A model generated the notes under the pieces. It saw only the letters and a program-made list of their open reading frames with translations, ran no database searches and was not told where the DNA came from. A stretch of DNA of 64,000 nt from Schmidtea polychroa (lineage: Eukaryota). Every line of letters begins with the position of its first letter. Positions within the stretch are counted from its first letter, which is position 1. Shown one piece after another: positions 27,214 to 41,952 of the stretch. A program made the position numbers and the translations under genes. The stretch covers positions 37,016,001-37,080,000 of the forward strand of contig CM097885.1 in assembly GCA_044892525.1 (NCBI GenBank), in the 5' to 3' direction.

Positions 27214-29485
27214 TGTTAGAAGCTATAACATTTAATTCTTCTGTCATTAAAATAAATTACTAAGACTATTAAATCCAAAATTATATTTCATTAAATCTGA
27301 TTATATAAACAAATATTCTTGGGACATTTTCTAAATTTTAATTTCAACCAAATATCAACATACCATCGCATTCATACTTGAATTTCAATTTTATTAAAAA
27401 TTATTTTATTTTAAAATTTCAATTATCATTTCAATTTTAATATCTTAAAATAATTTAAGTTTCAATTAAAACTTTACAAATTTTAATCATGAACTAATTT
27501 AATTTAGTATTTTAATTTTAACTCCTCACATCCCCCTTTTTTAAAATGTTTGATCTTCTCAACATTTCTGACTACCATCTTCCCATTTTGATCTTTAAGT
27601 AAGTAGCTCCGTTCATGTATTTTCTTTATCACTTTGTACGGCCCTTCCCACCTTGCATCGTCTTTATTTCGAATTTCTTGTTTGATCAAAACCAAATCTT
27701 CCATTTCAAAATCTCTCACTGTTTTGCTTATTTTTGGTTTTAGTGTTTTATCCTCTATTCTCTTTTCCATATCTTCTCTATTTATTTCTTTATTCGAGTA
27801 CCATTTCATTCTGTCGATTTTCCTCCCAAATATAATCTCTGCTGGGCTTACTCCCGTTGTTTTTTGAACTGTTGCATTTAAAGTATATTCTATTTCTGGC
27901 ACTATATCAGCCCAGTTTTTCCTTCCTCCTTCATTCAATGACGCGTTAATATACTCTCTGATTGTTCTGAATTGTCTTTCAATAATACCATTCGTGTTAT
28001 GGTGATATGGGCTTGAGAAAATTAATTCAATGCCAGCTGCCTTTGCTAGTTCTTTTATACTTCTTGCTTCAAAGTTCTTCCCACAATCTACATGAAGTTC
28101 TTTTGGAGCTCCAAACTTTAATATCCATTTATTTAATAACGTCTCACTAATTGTTTTTTTCGTCTTGCTTGTTTATGGCCGTTAATGAGATGTATTTACT
28201 ATAGTGGTCAATGATTCCGCAAATATATTTCTTTTTGTTGAACGTTTCTTTCAATGGCCCACATATATCCATATATATCTTCTCGAATGGTTCTGTACTC
28301 TTTATTGTTTGAGTTTCCTCCTTTGTCTTGGTTGTTATCGTTTTCATTTTCTGACATCTTTCGCAGTTCTCAATTACCTTTTTTACTTCCGTTGCTAAAT
28401 TTTCCATGTCGCAGTTATTCTGGATATATTTCGTTACTTTCTGTGCACCTGCATGGCACAGCAATACGTGTACTTCTTTTATCATCCTCTGTCTATTATC
28501 TGACGGTATCCATATTTTACCTTGCTTAGTTAGTACCGTGTTGTTTTCCATTATGAACTTACAATCTTTATTTTCTAACTTATTCTTTATTTCTTGGACC
28601 TCCATATTGTCATTTTGCCACTTGTTATATCCGCCTTCTGCTGTTACTGTTAATATTCTGGTTTTAATTTTGCCGGTTTTTGGGTCTTCGTGTTCCATCA
28701 TACACTGTACACATGTTCCGCATGTTTTGAGATCTTTCATTTCGATTTCTTTCCTGACTTCTTTATCTTTTACACAATGTGTCAATAAACATTTCTGAAT
28801 TTCTTCCTCATTCCAAGTGTGTGAGGCCAATTTTTTAGTCATTTTTGATATTTTCTCTATAAATATTTCCGCTGATTCGTTACCTTGCTCGTAGTTCAAG
28901 GCTTCTCTTAAGTCATCAATCAATGACGTTGGTCGATGAAAAGCTGCTCTTAATTTCTGTTCAACGGTTTTACCTTCTGCGGTTTCATATTCTTCAATCA
29001 AAGTCCTGTCCAGAAGTGTAATAACTAGTACCATTTGGGTCTTCACTGGTGTCTTCGTTATTTCAAAGAGCCTCTGACATTCTTTGATAAATAATTCGAG
29101 GTCATCTCCTCTGTGGAATTTTTCTGGAAGTAATCTTCCAATAAGCAGATCCGTTGGAATGGTCGCCATGTTAGAAGCTATAACATTTAATTCTTCTGTC
29201 ATTAAAATAAATTACTAAGACTATTAAATCCAAAATTATATTTCATTAAATCTGATTATATAAACAAATATTCTTGGGACATTTTCTAAATTTTAATTTC
29301 AACCAAATATCAACATACCATCGCATTCATACTTGAATTTCAATTTTATTAAAAATTATTTTATTTTAAAATTTCAATTATCATTTCAATTTTAATATCT
29401 TAAAATAATTTAAGTTTCAATTAAAACTTTACAAATTTTAATCATGAACTAATTTAATTTAGTATTTTAATTTTAACTCCTCACA
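27214..29485 (-). mobile_element. Young non-autonomous Gypsy element (2272 bp) with gag-integrase fusion, lacking PR/RT/RNase H
   Basis: 317-bp LTRs at 27214-27530 and 29169-29485, identical by eye, with TG..CA ends. 5-bp TSD AGCAT, PBS TGGCGACC, PPT AAAAAAGGGGGA. Confidence 0.95.
27504..29169 (-). pseudogene. Gag N-terminus fused in frame to integrase; one frameshift near 28155
   Basis: MATIPTDLL...EIEMKDLKT|CGTCVQC, then HHCC zinc domain, IYMDICGP, HVDCGKNF, NGIIERQFRT and WEGPY. Confidence 0.85.
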
Positions 29486-30389
29486 AGCATCTTAAATCTC
29501 TTTTAATAATTGGTACAAGTAAAATTAGTCCACAACTACAAACTATTGTCAGTGGAAAATCTCAATTACATAAATCTCATTAGTATTTCATATGTATAAA
29601 ATGTTAGTTGGATTCATTTCAATAATTTGTTAGTTATTATATACTGAAGTTAAATTTTCTGCATATTATACATGCTTTACTCATTACAATTCTGTGTTTC
29701 TTTATCCAACTTATCACAAAAACAATAACAATAAGCCTACAACAATGTTATGAGTAGTTAGCCCATGACCATATCAATGTAGATGTCATATTAATAATTA
29801 TTCAACATAAAATTAGAATTCATCAGTAAACTAAATTTAATTTGCTATAAAAATATGTTCTCTGAAAGGAGTTTTCAAGTATGCTAGCTCTCCGCGGGCC
29901 GGATGTGGCCCTCGGGCCGTAGTTTGGAGACTCCTGCAATAACTAATACTAGTCCACTTTCATTGAATATGTAGTCTGTGATAAATTAGAGTGCTAGAAT
30001 TTTATAAATTAGTTCTCATAAAAAATCGCTAGTGGGCCACATCAAATATTTACATACCTGGCGTATACCAACATTCATACAAAAAGTACCAGCATATCCT
30101 AGTGAGAGATTGAAGGATATGAAACCAATAAATGGCACGAAATTAGGATTAAACAAAACTGAATCAACAAATGCCGAAATTTAAAGAATATGTTAAGGTT
30201 TGAGGGGAGTATATGAGAATATATACAGTATAAAAAAATTAGTTTATTTTTATATTTTGGTAATTAAACAAATAATAAGTATTTTTAGTAATTTAATCAT
30301 ATATGAGACACAAATAATAGGAAAAATTATCAGAGGGATGCACCATACGATACAACTCAACAATTCAGTATAAAACATTTTAATATAGT

Positions 30390-31030
30390 TGTAACCTAGA
30401 TCGAAATTGTGATAGCTCTAAAATCAATACTGATTTAGCTAATATTTAGATTTAATTGATTGAGAAAATAGTGAAACATCTTTTGAAAGTTACAATTTGG
30501 CGGAATCTATTTAATTCAAAGGACATGAGTTGGAATTTGTTATCGACGGAAATTAGTTATTCAATTGGAAATTGTTGGAATTATTTTAGTACGAGATATA
30601 AGTATTTATTTTAATTAACTGACTTATATTTAGGGAGTACTAGTAATCATTTTTATACTGTTTTAATTCTAGTTTAAAGTGATTATTTTGAGAAAATATT
30701 GACCAAATTCTGGGTCGGTATTATAGCGCTTAAATTATTTAGTAAAATTCCCTCATCTTTTGCCTTTCACCTATACTGGGGATTTGTTACAAATTAGGAC
30801 CAGCCTTGATTTCTTAGTAATATCCCTTCAGGACGGTTTGAAATAATCGATTCTCTTTCATTTAGTTAGTAACATAAGTTTTAGTGTACATTTTCGTAAT
30901 TTTTAATAAATCTATAATAAAGTTTTTCAAAACATATCGTTTATTTATTTATTTGTTAACTAAAAGCGCATTTCAATTCTTGGAGTAAAATTGAATTGTA
31001 TTAGTTGTATCCCACTATACGAACGTAACA
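30390..31030 (+). mobile_element. LTR-like repeat
   Basis: TGTAAC...TAACA ends; similar to 24540-25130. Confidence 0.45.
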
Positions 31031-31689
31031 ATATACTTAGTTTACCATGTAATTATGCGTTGATGCGAGAGGTTGGAGGAAGATAACCCCAAATAGATAT
31101 ACAATTTATTAAACACAAAGTTCAAGCATTATTGGATCCAAAGTTAAGTCATACGACAGTGTCGGAAAGCTTGCTAACCAACCAAAAAATATCAAAATGA
31201 AATAAAAATAATCATTAAATCAATGTCACATAATCTATTGAACATAATTGGTAAATTAGAAACTGAGTTAATCATTGGAGATCAGCAAATAATTCATTGT
31301 GTCCCAATAAATAAATATCCCTGTAAGATATTTAAATAGTAGAATAACTACAAGGAATCTCCGTTGATCTTCAAGCGGGGAAATTAATAAAAAGACAAGC
31401 AAAGTCACGCATAAGGCTGGATATGTTCTTAAACCAAATCTTGTAAGTGCCGCCAAAAAGCGAATTAATATTTACGCCAATGTAATGAGCATATCAGATG
31501 ATTAATTCATACTTGAACCACGTCAAACACTGATCGAATAATATGATATATCTATGTGTGATGAAATAGAAACAGTTGAAGATAAATAAATTCTAGTAAG
31601 GATAGCTAATTGCAACTCCAAATCTATTCATATGAAACTTAAAATAAAGTTAGTAAATTAACAAAGATTAAATTAGTAGTTCAGAAATT

Positions 31690-31870
31690 ACCAAGCAACA
31701 ATTTAACAAACGAACAAAAACAGGAATTTACCATGTCGCTGAGATATAAAAACGTGTTTGCCAAGCATGAATACGATTTTGTACTTACCCAAATTTTTGA
31801 ACACAAAATACCATTGCTGGACAAGACGCCGATAAAGCTGCGACCTTACAGAATCCCGTATATATACCTT
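31690..31870 (+). pseudogene. Gypsy pol fragment (protease-RT linker)
   Basis: Reads VFAKHEYD...EHKIPLLDKTPIKLRPYRIP. Confidence 0.6.
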
Positions 31871-31898
31871 GGAGAAAACTTTTACTTCGATCAGTATG

Positions 31899-34800
31899 TG
31901 TGAGAATATAATTAAATTAATTAATTTAATTAATTAATTAAATAAAAGTTAAAGAATAATAAATTAATGTATGTTGTGTATTGGTGTGGTATGCAAATTA
32001 CTTATACTAACATTACTCGATGTTGAATAAAAGTCCTCGTGAAGACTTGTTTAAATATTACAAACAAATTGCATTGTTTTTGAATTTAATAAATATTAGT
32101 ATTTTATTATAGATGTTATAAATACCAAAAGTATAACAACCATGATGGCCAATTTTATTAAACCGTCAGAAAATTAAAAAATTCGAGCTGACATTGAAGA
32201 TTTTATGTAAGAATGTGAAAGATTTTTCGAGCTTATGGATATTTCAGAAGAATACAGAGCGAAATTTGTTAAAGCATTTTTATCAGGAAAAATGCGATGA
32301 GATTCAGCTGATTTATTTTATGTTAAAAATATAAAAATTCGCCAAATAAGTTAAATGAAGATGAATTACAAAAATTTCTAATTTTTAAAGCTGTAGAACA
32401 TATTGGAATAAAGAAAGATTTAAAAATGAACGAATTCAAGGCTGTGGAAGAAATGAAAGAAAGAATTAAGAAACATGAAAAAGAAAATAATAAAATTTAC
32501 CAGAAAACAACCGATTTGCAGCAAAAAGAACTAATATTAAATATGCAGATTTTGTTAAAAATTCGAGGAACTTTCAAATAAAACCAGTTAGAAAAAGTGA
32601 AGCTCCAATTAAAAGAGAAGTCAGAAACTCGAAATCACAGCATTTTTATCAAAGATCTCAACCAAGATTTAATGATTTTCGATTAAATAATAGGCGAATT
32701 TTAAAATATTGGGTTTCCCACGAGGAAGGACATAAGAGATCAGAATGTCCAAATGTTAAATGTAATCATTGCTATAAATCAGGACATTTCTGTCATCAGT
32801 GCTTCGAACTTCGATCAAACAAAGAATGAAAATATCAGGAACAAGTAGCAGCCATCCAACAAGTTGATGAAAATGAAAGTCAAGGCGTAAAAGGATATGC
32901 TCCACCCGCAGAGGTGATCGGAACTCAACAGAAAATGTAAGTAATGTATTGCAAAGGAGTGTATAAATGAGATGGATTGATGATTGTTTGTTTGTTGTGA
33001 ATGATAAAAATTTTAAATATTTAAATAATGATTGTGATTGTTCTTTAGATTCAAATATGTATAGTGATTGGTGTGTTGATAAATGGCGAATGGACGATTA
33101 AGGATGTAATAATGACAATAATTTAAATTTTGATGAATATTTGTGTATAATAATGATAATAATTTAACTAATAAAATAATAAAATGTGATAAACTAAATG
33201 GGAAACCTGGTATTTCTATTTTATAAATAATAATGAATTTAAGTGTTTATTAGATACAGCGGCAAAAATAAGTCTGATTAATAAAGGTTTGCTACAAAAG
33301 TTTGGAATTTGTGATTTAGAAAAATATTATATCAAATATTATATATTGTGTACAAGTTAATCTTCTATTGAATTATAAGGAAAAAGTAGCGTAGAAATTC
33401 AAATTATTGTAATATCAGAAAGGAGAGTTGTCGAATTTATTTTCAAAAATAATTGGAGGAATTATTTTTTTGAAAACATTTAATATTATGTTAAAAATTG
33501 GAAGCAAGTTTGGTAATAATACGATAGGAATAAATAAATTGACAGATATTGCAGTAGTAAAAAGTTTAGATGTAAATAAAATTGATCAGGTGAAAGATAA
33601 AAATATTAAAAATTGTTGAATAAATATGATTTCATTTTTATGAAACATAAATGGGATGAAGGAAAAACAAATTTATTAACTTATGAGATTTTTTGACTTT
33701 GACAGACCTATAGTTATTATCGCTCAAAGGCAGCCTGCTCATTTCATTGAAAAAGTTGATGAACAGATTAATGAAATGGAAAAGTTTGACATATTAAAAA
33801 AATGTAATTCCCCGTTATTATGTGTGAAAAAGAAAGATAAGAATGATTTAAGAATATATCTATATTTTCGAGCACTAAATAATATAACAGAAAACCCAAT
33901 ACTTACAATTCCGAACACCAATGAACTAGTGGATACATTAAGTGGGCCTAAATATTTTAGCACAATTGACTTGGGATATGCATATTACTAAGTTGAACTA
34001 GAAGAAGCATCAAAATTGAAAACTGCATTTTCCACTAAAATTAAAAAATATTGTTTTAACCGTATATCATTTGGAATAACAGCAGATCCAGCGACTTTCA
34101 GAGATTAATGAATAAAGTACTAGGAGAACTTAAATGGAAATGTGCAATTTGTTTACTTGGAAGATATTTTAATATTTTCGAAGGAATTAAATGAGCATTA
34201 CAAAAATATTGAAAGTACACTAGAAAATATCAGACTGCTAGATTAAAAGTAGTCCATCGAAATGCTATTTTTTAAAAGATTAAGTTTTTGGGACACATTA
34301 TATGTAAAAGCGGTGTGAAAACAGATGAAAATAAAATACAATATATTAAACAATTTGAGATATCTAAATGTATAAAGCAATTAAGGAGTTTTTAGGGACA
34401 ACTAACTATTATAGGAAATTCATGAAAGACTAAACAGAAATTTCCAAAAATTTCGAAAAATTTTGCGAGAGCAAAGAAATTGATTTTGACTGATAATTGT
34501 GAGAAGGCATTTGTCGAACTGAAATACAAATAAATAAATGCACCTTTTTCGAAGTTTCTAGGTTTCTTATGGTCATTTATTTTGGATACCGATGCTAGTT
34601 TTTACCGTATAGGTGCGGGTTTTTATCTCATATTGACGATTCTGGAAAAGAAAATGTTTTTATTGCATATGGATCGCAAGCTATGTCTAAACACGAAATG
34701 TGGTACTGCATAACAAGGAAAGAACTTCTGGTAATTTACTATTTTAAAGAGCATTTAAGCAATATTTATATTGTAAAAAGTTTACACTTCGTACTGATCA

Positions 34801-35722
34801 CAAAGCAATAACTTATATGATGAAAACAAGAAAAGCCATTACTCTACAATTCCAAACATGGATCAACTATTTAAGCAGATTAGAAATAGATTTCCAATAT
34901 AGAAAAGGAGAAGATCATTCTAATACCGATGCTTTATCGAGAAGTGAATGCACTAAATGCATTCAATGTCAAACGAATCATAAGGTTCCAAAAACTGGAA
35001 AATTGAAGACGAAGTTGTTAGTTGTCAGAAAATGAATGACAAAATAATTCGACTGAAATTCAAAATATTATACACAGCTTAAATTTGAAATAGAAAACCA
35101 ATTTTAAAATAAAAGATAGAGTGATTCTTACAGCAAATAATAATAATTTCTGAAAACAGACAAATTGAAAAACAATTTAGGACAATTAGAGATGCAATTT
35201 CTTTAAAAGATAAAAACTATATGAAAACTGGGCTGAGTTGTTACCAGAAATTAAGTTTATGATAAATTCTACCTACCAAAAAACAATTGGTCAAGCACCT
35301 TGTGAAAGAGTATTTGGAAAGTGTATCTACAAAGAATGGTTATTAAATATGCCAAAAAGAAACAAGATTCAATTACGAAAAGGAAATTTTAAAAATGAAA
35401 TACGAATAACAAAGAAGATGACAGATATTTTGAACCTGCAGAAGTCGTGAAACAATTATATATAAAGAGTTACCAAGTAAAGCTTGATAATGGCAATTGT
35501 TTGATAAGAAACGTTGAATTGTTTAAATAAATTGATTAAATAAAAGTTAAATAAAATAATAAATTAATGTATGTTGTGGATTGATGTGGTATGCATTACT
35601 CGATGTTGAATAAAAGTCCTCGTGCAGATTTGCTTAAATATTGCAAACAAATTGCATTGATTTTTGAATTTAATAAATATTAGTATTTTATAATGGATGT
35701 TATAAATACCAAATATATAACA
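31899..35722 (+). mobile_element. Degraded near-full-length Gypsy LTR retrotransposon
   Basis: Diverged direct repeats at ~31899-32138 and ~35525-35722. Gag with CCHC, protease LLDTAA, RT (LRIYLYFRALN, YFSTIDL..AY), RNase H (ILDTDAS, LRTDHKA, DALSR) and integrase remnants. Many stops. Confidence 0.85.
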
Positions 35723-36265
35723 ACTAACAATGGCCAATGGCTATTTATGGTCATTGCAGAAGTTTTCTTTATATTGGGCACTCACTACATTCAATGATCC
35801 GTATTTGTTATTCTGATCAATAATGACTAGTATGTATTTCATATTGTTAATATTAGTTTATATTGATCCATAGAAATCAGATGAAACAATAGAAATTCAA
35901 GAAAATATAATAAATAAACAAAAATAATAATTTTATAAATACTTAAGCACATTATTAATTATATGAAATTTCAAAATATAAAAATAGTATTTGTTTATTT
36001 ATAGTAATTTTATAAGTATTGGAACAATTAATTATTACTAATATTATGAGTTAGTAAAATAATTTTAGTATTTAGGGTCAGAATAACAATAAAAATTAGT
36101 TAGCGACACTAGATCAGACTACAATCGAGACTATTCATAATTAGCATTTGATTCTATCACGATTGGAGGTACAGTATAAATACCTCAAGGATAAAATTAA
36201 TAGGAAAACCAATAAAATTATTGAAAATTGTATTATAACTTTTAAAGCTTTCTCTATTGGAATAT

Positions 36266-36818
36266 TGTAACCGAAATTTCGAGATTGACAATTTGAAGAG
36301 AAGGTATTAGTACCGCGAATTTCACTAAACAGGAAATGGTTGGCGAGTCAATCGTTTAAACTATTTGAAACAGTTCATTGGAATTTGATTTAAAAGAAAG
36401 AGATTTTTGGGAGAACTGTTTTTGAACGAGACTGAATTATCAAAATGTTTGAGTTATAAGTGTATATAAATAGCTGAGGGTAAGCAAATTAGGAAACGTT
36501 ACCGATCAATCGATTGCGCAAATTTTGGGAATCCCTCATGTTTTGCCTATTACCTTATATAGCAAGACTGTATATAAATTAGAATCCAGATCTTGCCAAC
36601 TTAGAACTATCTGTGGATGGATAGCTACAACTGATATATTTTGTTCTGGGTTATTAGCGGCAGTTTTGGGTAATAATTTATTGTGTAATTTAATAGTAAT
36701 TTTGTAAATCTTATTTGTTATATATATATATTTGAATAAGCAATAGTTTCAATTAGTGCAATCATTAATCATTAAACTAGCTAGCAAACTTAACATTTTG
36801 GTGAACCCCACTTGATCA
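36266..36818 (+). mobile_element. LTR followed by tRNA-Trp-like PBS
   Basis: TGTAACC...TAACA, then TGGTGAACCCCACTTGAT. Confidence 0.55.
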
Positions 36819-38212
36819 AGTTTATCAGAGGGATAAACATTTAATTTTTTTTTAATTTACTTTATTACATTTTTTTAGTATACTATCAAATTGAATTTGA
36901 ATTTATGAAATTAATAAAATATATATTTTTTAATAGCCATATCCATATGTATTTTTTTTCTTGAAATTGTAGGAATTAAAACCTCTTTCATGAAAGCTCA
37001 AGTAGTTCGAGCTACCCGAGCTCGGAAGACAAAAAGCTTGTCGGCTCGAGCTAGAAAAAAGTGTCGGGATTTGCCAACTATATATATATACTTATTCAAA
37101 AAAATATGTCTTTATTTTCGTATTTGTGAATATGTGAATATACTCATATTTTATTATATTTTTGATACTGCTATGTGAACAGGAAGCTGTTGATGTCAAC
37201 ATAGTCATCTTAAAAATCTCTGTCGGGACAGCTGGTGTGAATGTTATATATACGATATATAAAACAGAAACAATAGAAATTCTGCTACGACAAAATAATA
37301 AATAAAGCTAACATTTATTGACCTGATAAAATATCAAACAAATCATTTTTTTCAAGTCAATTTGTGAGCAATATATGGTTCGGTATCCCATGCACAAACT
37401 AAATTTGCGCCCCTAATATCAATGATTACATCAATGATTCTGCTAGGATCTGCCGATGAATTGGTGATATTGTATTCTATCGACATACGTACATATAATT
37501 CAAATCAAATAGAAATAATATATGCATGTCTATATTACTTTACATCGAATCTGCTAGGTCAGCACATCAGTGAGACAAATTATTATCAGATTATATCATT
37601 TAACAATATTTTTTTGATAACTTTAGGTGAATATCGCTCCTTTAATTGGTATCACGGCACCCCAAGTGATCGCCTGTACTACCTGGTCCCGGAGCTGATG
37701 CTGCAAACAGAAGGTTTTGTCACAGGACATTTTAGTGCACCAATTGATTTTTCATTAAATTTAATTTAAATTTTTCTGAATTATTTTATAATCTTGAAAA
37801 AAATTATAAAATTTAAAATAAATTAAAAATGTCTGACTGCCATATTCTATATACATTTATATAATGGCTTAATTATGTTAATTACACGTTTTAATTATTG
37901 TGATGGCCTAAATGTCTTGATTGACAGGCGCTGATATAGCCCGACGTGATTGAAAAGTCGTTGAAAGAATTGTTAAGTTAAATTAAATATTCAAATTGGT
38001 CAAGAAATCATAGAGGAAATTTGAAGAGAGAAAATTAAATTGGAAAAAAGCGAAATAAATTGTCGTATTTGAAAAAAAAGAAAGTGAAAATAAATTGTTG
38101 CAATTGGAATAAAAGAATAAAATTTGGTAGATTATTGAAAATATAGTAATTATGAAAATTTGAAAGAAATGGAGTGAAAAGCCTATTTTGTAAAACCGAG
38201 AGGTGTCTAGAG

Positions 38213-38505
38213 CAGGGCTTCTTAAACTATGGGTCGCGACCCTGTTTGGGGTCGCCTAGCGAAATATTGGGGTCGCGAAATTTTTATATAAAATATCCAA
38301 ATACATAAAATTGCATAATTGTCGTATGTTTTTCCTACTCATAAGCAAATGAAACGTCAATTTTGTCATATGTATTTATATTATTACTTAATTAATAAAT
38401 CTTCACAAAAAATTTATATATCTTTATTTTAAATTATAAGGGGTCGCAAAAAAGGTTTACAATCATTAATGGAGTCGCGAATGAAAAAAAGTTTAAGAAG
38501 CACTG
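38213..38505. mobile_element. hAT MITE (293 bp)
   Basis: TIRs CAGGGCTTCTTAAACT / AGTTTAAGAAGCACTG; perfect 8-bp TSD GTCTAGAG; internal GGGTCGC repeats. Confidence 0.92.
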
Positions 38506-40599
38506 GTCTAGAGGAATAATATTTATAATATAATATTTAGTCTACTACGGTATAATACTGATTAAATGGTTTGTGTTTGTTTATGTTGATTGTTATTTAA
38601 ATTTTTGTATTTTTTAGCGTGGTATTTTTTTACATGATCGATTTTAGTTGTATTTTTTTTACATGATCCGTTTTTTTGGTGTTAAAATACATGATTAATT
38701 GATTTATTTATTTATTACTTTATCTGTTTGGATGTAAGGTTTAAGGACGAAAAGGAATCTTGATCAATGTTCAGTTTGAGTTTGCATAAAGTTTAATCCT
38801 CTACTGTACACATTACCAATGTGTCTCACCCACTCGGATATACAGATGGTTGTTTCAATAGTCGTGCTTGACGATCAAAAATCAAAACCCAAGTGAGTTA
38901 CCGAACTACTTAAAATTCATCTGAGTCTGGGAAAGTACCTTAGTACGCAAACAATATTTAAAAATTTGGACGAGAAAAATGTTCAAGAGAAATTTTATAA
39001 TTTACGAAGTAAAAACCAATTTTCAAAATATGATCAGTAACTCAAATGGCAATGATCAAACACCTACGTCTACTATCCCGTCAAACAATGGCAACGATTT
39101 TGCAAGCTATCAGATCTACATGGAGGAAATCCTGTCTTCATTCGTTCTTTCTTAGTAAATAAAACGAATATATCATGCACCAACTTTTTAAAATTTATTT
39201 TGATCTTACGGAACGTTGAAAATGTATTTCCTGAAACACTATACTTCTCTACTACTCCCTACATTGTTTGTAAGACTTTATTTATTTTTGTATTCGTTTT
39301 TCATAACAATAATTTATATCAAAATGACATTTAACTAAACAAATACTTCAAGTTAATATTCGTACTTAAAACAACTTCGAATTAAAAAATAATCGATTAA
39401 TCAAGTTTATCGATATATCAAATTATCAAAGAATCTAATTAATTAAGTTATACCCGTATTATTGACAATGGTTAACATTTCCAACTCCACTCTCGGTTTC
39501 CTTGTTAATATTTTGCTGACGCAAATTGCCGGATTTCTGAAGTTTCAGTTTATTTTTCATAATTTTGGTAATCGTTTAATTATGGCCGTTCTGACATTTT
39601 ACTTTGACAATTCTTCCATCTCTCGTGGCAAACCAACAAAATAATAATAACATTTCCTCTCTAAAATCCATTTTTTGGCTTTCTAATTGTTAAATTAACT
39701 CAAGTTGTTTATTATCAATTAAATATATATTGATAGAGTTTTTAAACATTTCCTATTTTCCGAACTTTGGATAGATGTCAGCGCATCAATCTTGTCGCGA
39801 AAGTGTTGCTGTATGTTTTAATTTTCCTGTAGAATTTTTTATGGCAATTATAAATGTTTTAGTTATAAAAATTTGAACAGACATTTAAAATTTAATTTCA
39901 TAATATTTTCAACAGAGTATGACTCATCGGATTTCAAAATTTTTGATGCGTTCTATGCGCCATCATATTTTACTTATGTATTAAATTGTTTCATTAGTTT
40001 GAAGCGATTTTATTTTAAAACTATTTATCTTTTGTTCGGCAAAGTATGTTTATAGTGCTTTTTCTGTTTTACAAAGCTGTTATATTCATTTTCTTCAATA
40101 ACTATATCTTATATTCTAGGCACGTAAATGGAAATTCAAAGAGAAAACAATCAGCATTTTAGATATCTACTTTAGTTTGTCATTGAGACAAGAAGGATGC
40201 CAAAGCAGCTCAGGACATATCCGCTGTGTACTGTTTGGCATTAAACTGAATTTAGGCGCACATAGCAGTAAAGTGATCGAAATACGTCGCGAACACACCA
40301 CTGAGTAAAGTTAGAATAAAAACACGTAAAACATTAATTAAACACCATTAAAAGAATTTACACAGCACCAAAATGATAACACAAAAATAAAATAAAATAA
40401 GAAAAAGAGCAAGAAGTATTGCACGAAACGAACTCAAATATAGCATTGATAAATAACAGAAAGTAAACAAATGCGAGTTAACGGCGATAAGAGAAAATAT
40501 GAATGAAAATGTAAAAGATTTTCATAAAATATAAAAGATGAAGCGGGGTTAAAGATGACGATTCGAGAGTGTTCTGTACAACCTGTTCAATTAGATTTC

Positions 40600-41150
40600 T
40601 CATTATCAAGGTATTTTAATTAAACAATTGAATATCTTGAGTTGTTGAAGAAATTAGACGACGGAGCTGACGTTTTTTCATTGATGATTTTAAGGAAACT
40701 CCAAAGTTGGTTGGATGTTGAAAACTCCTTAAAGTATGCTGAAAATAGATATGGACATAAAATGATCGCTATTTACTGTTGAACGAAATTCAACTAATGA
40801 AACTTTTCATCCAGTTTAATTTGGATGAATGGCTTAGTAACAAACTTTCTACAGATAAGATCTGGTCGCAAATATTCAAAAATTTCCGTCAATCCAGTAC
40901 TCACTTGTCAATTTGGAAAAGCTTGTTGAGTTTGCGTTCGCCCTTGCTGGAACATCCAGAGGTTGAGCGAATTTTCTCTTTAATCAAGCAAATACGGAGT
41001 GATCAGCGAAGCAGATTGGAATTAAAAATTCTCAACGCCTTGCTAAGAATTCAATTCAACGCAGAAATGACATGTCGTGATTTTTATGACACCATCAAAA
41101 AGGATTCAGTTTTACTTGACAAGACTCATTCAAGCACAAAAAATGTGATA
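40600..41150 (+). pseudogene. hAT-like transposase C-terminal (dimerisation) fragment
   Basis: VERIFSLIKQIRSDQRSRL...LNALLRIQFN..MTCRDFY. Confidence 0.7.
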
Positions 41151-41952
41151 AACTTTTCTAGTCAAATAAAAAAACTTTCGATTTTATTTAGAAATTTCAT
41201 TAACTTTTGAGAATATATCTGCGTTGCATACAAAACTAGACGCAGTTTCGTTACAACAAAACAAAAATTTTCTAGTACGCTGAAGTTTTTCTTATATACG
41301 TTGGAGCGATTAGAAAATTCAATGAATTATTGTTTTTCACCAGTCAAACTAAAAAAATGGTTCTAAATTAGAACCAAAGTATTTACATTGCACATCTCTT
41401 CTTAAATGGTCTACATTGCATAGGGTAATCCAAAAAAATTCCATTTTGACACACATTGTACTATAGCAGTGGTGGCCAACCCAAATCAATCGAAGGGCCA
41501 AATTGTCGGAAAAATACTATCACGGGCCACAATAAATTCATTTAAATAAATATAGTAACTATACAATAAACTTATAGAAATAATTATTTAATTCTCTATT
41601 GAATTTTATTTATCATTATTAATACTTCTTAAAAACTGTTATTAATGTTAGAAATTATTAAATGTTATTGATTAATGCTCAACATATAACCTGACTGGCA
41701 AATAAAAAGTATTGAATAATAAAGTACACTTTTAGAATGCCAAGAAAAATTTTCGTAGCCGATTAAAAATGACTTTAATATCTTTCATTTTCAAAATATG
41801 CTCCCTTTTGATAGCTTTTAGAATAACTATAGGATACATTTGGCAAGACTTGAGAGTTCCCATCGTAAAATTCATATGATTTTTGCATCGAACTTTGTTG
41901 GTGAGTGCTACTTTGAGCTTCTTAATGACACTGTAAACTCACAACGATACAC

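Larger units (their letters stand above)
25511..29936 (+). mobile_element. hAT (SPIN/GTF2IRD2-like) transposon with frameshifted transposase, split by an LTR insertion; right TIR ends at 29936
   Basis: CLIC...KRHYETKH, FSLVLDESTD, ITTDG, HCIIHQ and VRWLS motifs. RSKLTDEH|LKSLL resumes after 29490 and stops near 29583. Right end GGGCCGTAGTTTGGAGACTCCTG; left TIR not found. Confidence 0.9.

Noticed and set aside
41467..41950. hAT-like left end at 41467, and a mariner-like peptide (YFELLNDTVNSQRY) fused to the piggyBac ORF 41840-42460
   Set aside because: Short juxtaposed relics; the fusion ORF is frameshifted and looks like a deletion artefact, not a new chimeric gene.
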